Below, in pieces: positions 49,868 through 59,927 of a stretch of DNA of 64,000 nt. Every line of letters starts with the position of its first letter. Position 1 is the first letter of the stretch. The position numbers were made by a program, and so were the translations under genes. This DNA is from Histomonas meleagridis 2922-C6/04-290x (lineage: Eukaryota > Protista > Parabasalia), in NCBI GenBank assembly GCA_020184695.1, contig JAANOX010000032.1, positions 62,001-126,000 on the forward strand, read 5' to 3'. The notes below the pieces were generated by a model that was given only the letters and a program-made list of their open reading frames with translations, had not been told where the DNA came from and did not search any database.

Positions 49868-50300
49868 ATGGATCCTTCTGCCACCTTAAATATTTTTATT
49901 GTGAATAAATTTTTCCTCTATTATTTGATTTTTTATAATATTCAGAAATTATTTGAAGGATTTAAGACAGTATTTATTTATGCCTCGGAAAACAACTATA
50001 TCGAAATAGTTAAATTATTTCTTGAACAAAATGGAATTGATATTAATGCTAAAGATATTTATTTGGTATGTTTGGTAAATATTTTGGCATATTTCAAAAT
50101 AATATTTGGAATTTATTTGAATTATTTAGAACAGCACTTATGAAAGCATCTGGAAATGGTCATGTAGAAATAGTTAAATTACTTCTTGAACAAGAAGGCA
50201 TTGATATTAATGCTAAAGATATTTATTTGTTTTATTTTATGTTTATTTAAATAATTTTATATTTCAAAATAATATTTGGAAATTACACATATTAGCTATT
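49868..50300 (+). pseudogene. Ankyrin-repeat fragment (locus 3) with eroding spacer blocks
   Basis: Two 90-nt ankyrin segments (49967-50056, 50131-50220). Linkers are 75 and 74 nt. A third block (50221-50280, codons Y,Y,G) is truncated, with no following TAL segment. Confidence 0.7.
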
Positions 50301-51148
50301 CGTTTCTAGAAACTGGACAACAAATCACTGGTGCGATTGGTTATCTTGGTTGGCGGTTATTTGAATTGCAATTCAATATGTTGTTGAAACTTTTTGAGCG
50401 CACTTTATTCAAAATTCCTTTGATGCAAAACGATATCATTTTCTTTCTTTCATTTTTTTGTCTTCTACAATTTAAATAAGGGAACATTCTGTCACTTTTC
50501 ATAAAAATCATTACATTTCAGCTTTGTGAACATCTTCCGATCGCAAAAACAATAAAACGCGCTTCAGTAAAAGTTATACAAATGAAATGACGAAAAGAAG
50601 AAGCGGTTGAAGCTCTCTGTATCGTTTTTGACTGATTTATTAGCAAGTTTCTCAAGTTTTGGCACGGATGTGTTATTTCATCTTGGTTTTTCCCATACAT
50701 TTCTTTTGCTTATTACAAACCTCACCAAAAAATTTAGGCTCAAAGATTTTTAGTGATCAATTATCGATTTCTCAAACTCACCAGTACTCCTCATGCCTTA
50801 CTTTAAAATCCAAGTGGGAGACATACTTTTCATTCTCATGCCTTAATAAAAAGAATGTATCCATCAAAGTCACCAATTTTATTATGCTAAAAGATAATGA
50901 ATTAAATCCATTTAATATCAGCACAAGAAGTTATCATTGCCATTCCCCTTTGCTAGAATTACTTATTTCATACGTTAAACATTGTTTCCAATTCTTTTCT
51001 TTTGCACTTAACCATTTTTCATTAAAAGCACATTTAGTAATGCCAATGAACATGATTCGTTACTTTTTTATTTTGGGATTTTTTTTATGTTATGAAATTA
51101 AATTTTTACTTAACAAATTGAAAACAAACGCAAAGAAAAAACATCAAA

Positions 51149-52446
51149 ATGTTATAATTTTTGTTATATTTTCCATAAATTCTTTTCAATTATTTTATGA
51201 TAATAATTTAACATTAACAATAACAAATTCAAATGATTTTAATGAAATTGATCAATATAAAAACATCACGAAATTTATAAATATTAGTGAAGGAATTTAT
51301 ACCATTCCAAGTGGTGCATTTTCAGGATGGCCATTAGTTATTTCAGTTAATTTTGGTAATTCTATATCATATATTGGTGGTTCAGCATTTTCATCATGTT
51401 CACATTTAGAAACGATTATTTTTGGAGGAAATGTTACATATATTAGTGGTTCAGCATTTTCATTCTGTTCATCAATCAAAAACATTACGATACCGAATTC
51501 AGCCACATTGATTGGCGGTTATGCGTTTTCATTCTGTTCTAATTTAATGATATTAACACTTGGTTCTGGGATAACAGAAATTGGAGATTCAGCATTTAGT
51601 AATTGTAATTCACTTGAATGCATTTATTATTATGGTGATACAGAACCAAATATTGGAGAAAATGCATTTTGTAATGTTACAGCAATAGTTATAACATATC
51701 CAACATATATCGAAAGTAACTTTGGGAAATTAAAAGTTATCAAATCATATGCAGAAGGAAATTGCAAACCAATTCCAACACTTTCATTTTCAGCATCAGA
51801 TATATATTCACAGTCAAATACATTCAGTCTAAGTAATATATATTCACAGTCAAATACATTCAGTCTAAGTAATACATATTCACAGTCAAATACATTCAGT
51901 CTAAGTAATACATATTCACAGTCAAATACATTCAGTCGAAGTAATACATATTCTCAGTCAAATACATTCACTGAATCGTTTCAAAGCGATTTCACGCTTT
52001 CGTTTTCATATACATTAACGTATACATTGACAATTGAATATTCATTTACATATTACGAAACGCAAACAAGATCACTTTCATTATCCTTATTTAATTCAAC
52101 ATTTTCTTATATCGAAACGGAATTTCTATATTATGATTACACAGTTATTATGTATTCGACACATTACAATTATTATTCAAATTTCATTACAATGTTTCGC
52201 ACGAACATTTTACTTACGGATGGACTTACAACGAATGCATTGATTGGAATTGTTTGCGGATCAATTGCATTAGTTTTAATAATTGTTGGAATTGTTATAT
52301 TCTTAATCAAAAGTAATAACAATAAAAGAAAATCGACTTCAACATTACAATTTAAGGATTCAACTACATCAAGTTTAAATCAAAAGGAAGATGTCAATAC
52401 TTTAGTTGAAGATATTGTTAAAGAAGATGAAGACAATTGGCTGTGA
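51149..52446 (+). CDS. BspA-like surface protein, copy 1 (DNWL tail)
   Basis: TpLRR units, a 36-nt SNTYSQSNTFSL stalk repeat and a TM helix. The likely ATG at 51149 is out of frame (ATG TTA TAA). Confidence 0.75.
51800..51970 (+). repeat. Intragenic 36-nt tandem repeat (two 18-nt sub-units; SNTYSQSNTFSL)
   Basis: About 4.5 copies of agtctaagtaatacatattcacagtcaaatacattc. Confidence 0.9.
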
Positions 52447-53169
52447 TTTATTATAAAATAAAAATATATTTTTAATTGATATATTTTTAATTTAAATAAA
52501 AAATATGAAATGATTCGCAATGAGAAATATTAATCGATTATCACTTTGATATAATTAACAACGAAAACGTCGAAAATGTTGAATATTGTTCTGATGTAAC
52601 ATTCTAAAGATCAAAAGGAATCATATTATTCGTTTACAAAATGTTTTACAATAGAAATATTTCGTTTAGTATTTAATGTTAAATGTAAATGATATGAACC
52701 ATTAAGTTACTTTATAAAGCATTAATGGAAAAATAAATTATTTAAATGAAAAACATAATATATCAAAACATTCATACCACAAAAAATTATGTATAAAGAT
52801 AATTAGAATCAATCTATTAAGAATCACCATCAATATGGAAGTAACAAGATATGGAGTTTGTGATATAACTTTATTTACTATGTATTAGCATACAATATGT
52901 TTATCTTTACAATAAATCACTTAATTATACAAAATATCTCGAATGTATTTTAGAATGTGTTAAACTTATTCATATTTACCAGTATCACGCAAAATATATT
53001 AGCATAAAAAGAATAAAACGCATATCTCTTAAAAATCATGAAATTTAATACCATAAAAAGTGCTCAACAATAACAAAGATATATCATTTTAATCAGCAAA
53101 CTCAGCTATAACGCATCCATTCATTATATTATTTAAAAGTGCATTTGCAAGCATTAAATGTATTATCCT

Positions 53170-53450
53170 TTCCTGGTGTCTTTAAATATTGAAACAAACA
53201 AATTTTAGGTTCAATTGAAAAACTTCAATTAAATCACAATTTTTTTTAAGTATAACCGTATGATTTTTAACTTTTGTATTGGCCGATGTGTATTTGGTAA
53301 GGGTCTACAACTATATTAGATCTTGAAGTATGAAAATTCTTCGTTTGCTGTTCATTTCGGGCATAATAAAGCAATTTACAACCGATACAAGACCAGGAAT
53401 TCCATTTTTTACAACTACAAAAATATCAAATATGAAAAAGAACCTAAGCA
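53170..53450. repeat. Diverged dispersed repeat, also at ~59425-59700
   Basis: Shared ctttaaatattgaaac...ccgatgtgtatt...atgaaaattctt...ccaggaattccattttt...caaaaatatcaaatatga. Confidence 0.7.
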
Positions 53451-53951
53451 AAGAAGGGCCCACTCAGAGGTACAATGTAGAAGTTCCAGTCTTTGGAATT
53501 AAGTATGCGAATTTTGATATATTTAACATTAATTCTACTTTCTTTAAAACAAGTATATTCCCAAATTTCTTGACTGACAGCAAGTGTACATCAAAAATAC
53601 TTCAGTTCTTTTATGACAAAATAAAATTCCTAGCATCATATTTTACAATTACACAAAATGAATTCTTTATAACTAGTATGCCTATTGAAAACAATATATC
53701 AACACAACCTTTGAATATGCATTATGGGGATATATCTTTAAACCAGTATGAATTTCTTTGTTTTCCATTGATGCAAAACGATAAAACAGACCGACCATTT
53801 AAATTCAATGTTTATTCTCGTTTAACCGCTGTTTTTTCAATGATGATTGTGGTGGTTTATGTCAATTTTTTTCAGAAAAAACCACTGTTTCTACAGAAAT
53901 TTTATTTGACCAACTACGAATTGAAAACAAACGAAAAGAAAAAACATCAAA

Positions 53952-55220
53952 ATGTTATAATTTTTGTTATATTTTCCATAAATTCTTTTCAATTATTTTA
54001 TGATAATAATTTAACATTAACAATAACAAATTCAAATGATTTTAGTGAAATTGATCAATATAAAAACATCACGAAATTTATAAATATTAGTGAAGGAATT
54101 TATACCATTCCAAGTGGTGCATTTTCAGGATGGCCATTAGTTATTTCAGTTAATTTTGGTAATTCTATATCATATATTGGTGGTTCAGCATTTTCATCAT
54201 GTTCACATTTAGAAACGATTATTTTTGAGGAAATGTTACATATATTAGTGGTTCAGCATTTTCATTCTGTTCATCAATCAAAAAAACATTACGATACCGA
54301 ATTCAGCCACATTGATTGGCGGTTATGCGTTTTCATTCTGTTCTAATTTAATGATATTAACACTTGGTTCTGGGATAACAGAAATTGGAGATTCAGCATT
54401 TAGTAATTGTAATTCACTTGAATGCATTTATTATTATGGTGATACAGAACCAAATATTGGAGAAAATGCATTTTGTAATGTTACAGCAATAGTTATAACA
54501 TATCCAACATATATCGAAAGTAACTTTGGGAAATTAAAAGTTATCAAATCATATGCAGAAGGAAATTGCAAACCAATTCCAACACTTTCATTTTCAGCAT
54601 CAGATATATATTCACAGTCAAATACATTCAGTCTAAGTAATACATATTCACAGTCAAATACATTTTCTCAAACACATTCATTCAGTATTAATACATTTTC
54701 AAAATCAAATACATTTACTGAATCATATCAAAATGATTTAACGAAATCTTTTTCATATCTAATAACAGTCACATTATCTTTTACATATTCATTTACTTAT
54801 TATGAAATACAAACAAAATCACTTTCTCTATTTACAATTAATTCATCGAATATTTATATTGAAACAGAATTTATATATTATGATTACACAGTTATTATTT
54901 ATTCAACTTATTATATTTATTATTCGAACTTCTTTACATTTATTTATAATAACGAATTTCAAACAAAAGATAACAAAACAACAAAAATCATAATAATCGT
55001 TTGTGTTATTGTTATTATTATTATAATTTCATTACTTATTCTATTATTGATACGAATTAAAAATAAAAAAGAAGAAATTGCTGAAAATGAAATTTCAGAA
55101 CAACAAAACGATAACAACCAAACCACAAACACATTCGTAACAGGAATATCTATCTCAAATATTGAAGAAGATCCTTTTGCAGATGACTTCAAAGAAGAGA
55201 AATTCATTGAGCAAATGTAA
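53952..55220 (+). CDS. BspA-like surface protein, copy 2 (EEDPFADDF tail); frameshifts near 54230-54290
   Basis: ~53919-54664 is a near-identical direct repeat of ~51116-51860; the 3' half differs. Confidence 0.75.
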
Positions 55221-55572
55221 TTTAGATAAATAAATAATAATATATAGTATGTTCTAAAAGTAAATCATTTTTAGTATAATCGATTCAACGTCACCTCGTT
55301 ATTTTCTTCCATCTTTAATTTTAATTTTGTGCTTTTTGTTTTTGTAAAACTTTTGAAAAAATTATTATTGTAATATCTTAGTTTTTGTAAACATACCAAG
55401 TAAATGTGCTACTTATATTATGATTACTTGCTTTGGTATTATGCGGTAACACTTTTTGAACCCGCCATAGACTTTTGATTGATTTATGTCAAGCCACTTC
55501 TTTTTTTATTTTTTATTTTTTTTTTTTCATACAAGTTTGTAAAGTTATTAACGATTAATCATTAGTAAAAAT

Positions 55573-57325
55573 TTAGACTTTTATAAATGTTTCTTCTTTA
55601 AAATCCTTTGCAAATGGATCATCTTCGACATAGTTTGTATTAAATACAGACTCAAAATTGTTTGCTGAATTTCCTTCTTCATCTTGTTTTGACTCTTTAT
55701 TTTCGGATCCGTGAATTTTCACATTCATCTCCAGAACTAATCGTTTTATTATTTTTATTGCGGAGAATTAAATAAATAATAATGACAATTACTATTAAAA
55801 TTAAAACACAAACTACGATAACAATTATCATATTTGTATTCTTATTTTCGTTATTTTGTTCTTTTATTGGATTAATTAATGTAAAGAAATTTGAATAAAA
55901 ATTATAAATTGTTGAATAGTATATAACAGTATAATTATAATAAATAATATTGGTATAAATATAAGTTGCCATTGAATCAATCACATGAAATGTAATAGTA
56001 CTTAAATAAAATGTTTTCTGAATAATTGTTTCTGTAATTGAATATGAGCTATAAAAAATAATTGAATTTGTTAATATTAAACCAAATGGAAAAGAATTCG
56101 TAAATGTATTTTATGGCATAAATGTATTAGAATTCGTAAATGTGTTTGATCTTGTAAATGTATTCGATTGTGAAAATGTATTCGTAGAGAAATTAAGTCG
56201 AATTCTAAATATTTTTCCCATGTTATCTGCTTTGTCAACTGGAGCAACATGAAGATATCTTTGATAGACAACATCTTCTGTAGTAAATTTAATAGTATTA
56301 TTATATGCTGTGTTTACCATAGTTTCTACATCACATTTAGAATTTTCGCTAAATAGATATTTATAATATTTGATTCCCGTAGTAACATTAACATCAGCTT
56401 CTGAATTATCAATTTCTTTGCCTTCACTATTATATGATACAACTTTAAATGTGTATAACGTTCCAACATCATATGCTTCTATTATTACTAAATAATTAAT
56501 TAGGTCTATTGTTATATTGCTAATCACTGGTCTTGCTTTGTCATGCGAATTGAGATGTTCTTCAAACTCGTGTTCAGTGGTCCTTTGCTTAAGATAAAAT
56601 ATAGTGTTACCAAGGACTTTCCTTTCAAATTCTGTTGCACTACAATCGCTGTGTCCTGTTTGGATCATTGCTGTGTTTCCATACGTCGTAAGATAAAAAT
56701 TCTCTGATTCAGATATTTGACTGGTGCTATCGGAAAACCAATACCAAATATCTCCAGTGTCATTTTGCTTCGCTGTATTAGAAAAGTAAATTTGTTGCTT
56801 CGAACTTGTTTCAAGATTCCACGGGTAGTTTAAGAGGAGTACTTCTTTGTGAACTTCAACTTCAGAAGACTGCGCACTTTCAAAACTTCCTTCTTTTTGG
56901 TGGATACCAATTCCAAACAAATCTCTGATGGCGGTTAAGCCGATTGGCTCACCATCTTCAAGGAATTCTAAAATGATTGAATCGTGACCAGCAACAAAGC
57001 CATATCCATTTTTGATATATTTTTCTACAATGCCTTTTGATTTTTCCGTTGATATAGAAAAACCTCCGCTATAATCCCAAAATCCGAAAACAACAACATC
57101 AAATTGATAAATAAAATTTTCTTCTGACGTTTCAAATTCATCAATTGAGTTTAATGTTACATTAATAATTTGCTCTTTCGACTCGGGATCAATACCCGAG
57201 GGGTCTGAGTAGTTAATTGAATCAATGAATCCACCTTCCATCCATACTTTTAATGAAGCTGATTTTGGATATCCAAAATGTTTATTTATTGTAAAACTAT
57301 TTTTGAAATGAGTGTTAAGAAGCAT
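55573..57325 (-). CDS. Surface protein with AMIQTGHS-type ectodomain, NTF stalk, TM and DDPF tail; frameshifts near 56110 and 55700
   Basis: 404-aa ORF (FDVVVFGFWD, GFVAGHD, NFYLTTYGNTAMIQTGHS), then stalk and TM in 55697-55984, and tail VEDDPFAKDFKEETFIKV*. Confidence 0.72.
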
Positions 57326-58599
57326 AAAGCCATAACATTGTAATTTTAATTTTTTACAAAGACGTTACATCACTTCACATGTTTTATTCATAGACATGTG
57401 ATATGAAACATTTTCAAAAAAAATCAAACCAAAAATTTGTTAAAACAATAAGAAGAAAATATTTAATTGAGGATGTTTAAACTAATGCTGAAGACCAGGC
57501 GTATCATGAATTAGTGATAAAGCCAATTCTACACCAAATTATGAAGATAATGACACAGCAGTTTCACACGTAATACTTCCCAAATATGAAGCACTTAAAT
57601 CATATCCAGTTCCGATTGAATTAGATCAATATGAAAAAGAAATGTTAGGTGAAGCGTGAGCACGTCTGACCAAGGTAAGAAAGCGAACGTCAATTCGAAG
57701 TATTATGTGATATTACAACATTAAAGAAGAAACGTGAACAAGCGGAGCAAGCATTATTATTGAAGAGAAAAATGAAGTTTGAAATTGATGTTATTAGCAC
57801 GCGCAAATGCGAAGAATTCAAAATTTGATACTAAAGACGACGACGAAATAGCGAAACTTCAACGAATTCGACGCATTAAGAACAATATTCAAGAAGAGAA
57901 GAAGTAACGGAAAGAAGTTACAAGACAGAATTAACGAAAATGAAATTATTTGTTCATTACCGCAAATTAATGAAAAAGAACTTAAAAACATTGGATCACT
58001 TCGACATATCCAAAATGTGATATCGAAATCATCAACATTTAAATGATAACGAAAGTAAATTCATGAAAAAGAATATTTCGAGGATATTAATATTGATAAA
58101 CAAAAGGAAAACTTCCGAAACATTTCATTATTAAATCACTCGAAAGATGCAATTAAACAACCGAAGAAAGAAAACAAATATAAATTTTAATCTGAATTGG
58201 CGTTACTAAAGAATTACATGTTGAATCTGAAACATTAATTAAATCGAATACTGAATAATTTGATCAAATGGAATGAAATATGCGAAAATTTTCGAATGAA
58301 GAAGAAGTAACAATTATCAGCATAATTCACATTAATATTAAAGAATTAAATCATCAAGTTGAATTACATGTTAAAGAATAAATTTATCAACAGATTCAGA
58401 ATGAGAAGAAAAGACATCAAAAATTCGACTTGAAACAATTCAACAAGAAATTCAAAAATGTGAATACGAAGCAGCCGCGCTGCACCTGAATATCGTTTTA
58501 TTCTTGAAAGAAAAGGAAAAGGAATAAATAAAATAAATTTAATATCATTAACAGTTCTTCGCTATAAACTCATGATTTAAATAATGTTCAGAGAAGTAC

Positions 58600-59300
58600 T
58601 TCTCACTTTAATGTATTTTGAAAGTTATAATTTCGATGTTTTTCTTATATTAATTCCTTTACAGAAAAACAATCAGCAGCAAATCATTTAGAGAGTGTTA
58701 TAAAATGACATCAATCACTATTGAAGAAATTTGTGATTATGTTTAACCAATGTAAATCATTCCCAAATAATTCAATTACATCAATTTCTAACACAACATT
58801 TTCATGATGATAAAGTATCATTAAATAATTCAAAATATTCTAATTATGATAATGATGGAACTCTTTATAACAAAAACATCGCAGAACTTCATTAGTGACA
58901 TTCGATCATTATCATTTGAAGGATCTTCAATACGAAATATTACAATTGCAAATAAAATTAAAACATTTGAATCAAGAATATGATATTTATGTTCCAATTT
59001 GATTACAGATAATATTGAAGAAGGCGTTTAAACAATAGGATAAACAGCATCAGCATTATAATATTCTTTACCAAATATTACAATTCCAGGAACAAATAAA
59101 ACAATTGGATCAAAAGCATTTTACACATGCTCTATTTAATATTGAAGAAGGAGTTAAATACATTTGAATTTACAATTTCAAGGTGTAAATAATCTCAAAA
59201 TCATTTATTATGATAGTGAAACATAACCAAAAGATTTAAACTAATAATTATTTCATATAATGAGATGTTTAATTCATGCCCAATGAAAATCATTAATTTC
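58600..59300 (+). pseudogene. Decayed BspA-like LRR relic
   Basis: Fragments such as attgaagaaggagttaaatacattt and attggatcaaaagcatttt, with many stops. Confidence 0.45.
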
Positions 59301-59927
59301 ATAACGATAAAAAATGATTAATACCATCAACAACACACCATTTTAAACACCAAATTCATCTCTATCACGTTGCATTCATTATATTATATAAAAGTGTCTT
59401 TATAACCATTAAAATCAGCATCTTTTATGGGTGCCTTTAAATATTGAAACAAAATTCAGTGTCAAATTGAAAAACTTCAAGAAAACAACGAATTTTTTAA
59501 TAATTAACCGTGTGATTTTTATCTTTTGTATCGGATCCGATGTGTATTTAGTAAGGTCTGTAAGTATCTTACAAGCTAAACCATGAAAATTCTTTATTTG
59601 CTGTTCATTTCGAACGTCGCAAAGCAATATAGAGCCAATACAACACCAGGAATTCCATTTTTTGCGACCACAAAAATATCAAATATGAGAAAGAACTTAA
59701 GTTCAGAAAATGCATTTGATTGTGAAAATATATTTAACTGTGAAAATGTATTCGATTGTGATGGTGGAAGAGATCCATCAAGAATTGTTCCCTTGATAGC
59801 ATCTAAATTACCAAATTTTTAGCATTATATGATTCCAATGTCATAACATATTGAGCTCAATATCAAAAAAACTCATTATAGTAATTGTTCATTTTCACTT
59901 GATTTGCAAATATTATTTATTTACAAG

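Noticed and set aside
57470-58520. Coiled-coil gene
   Set aside because: Only stop-riddled charged fragments; no family can be assigned.
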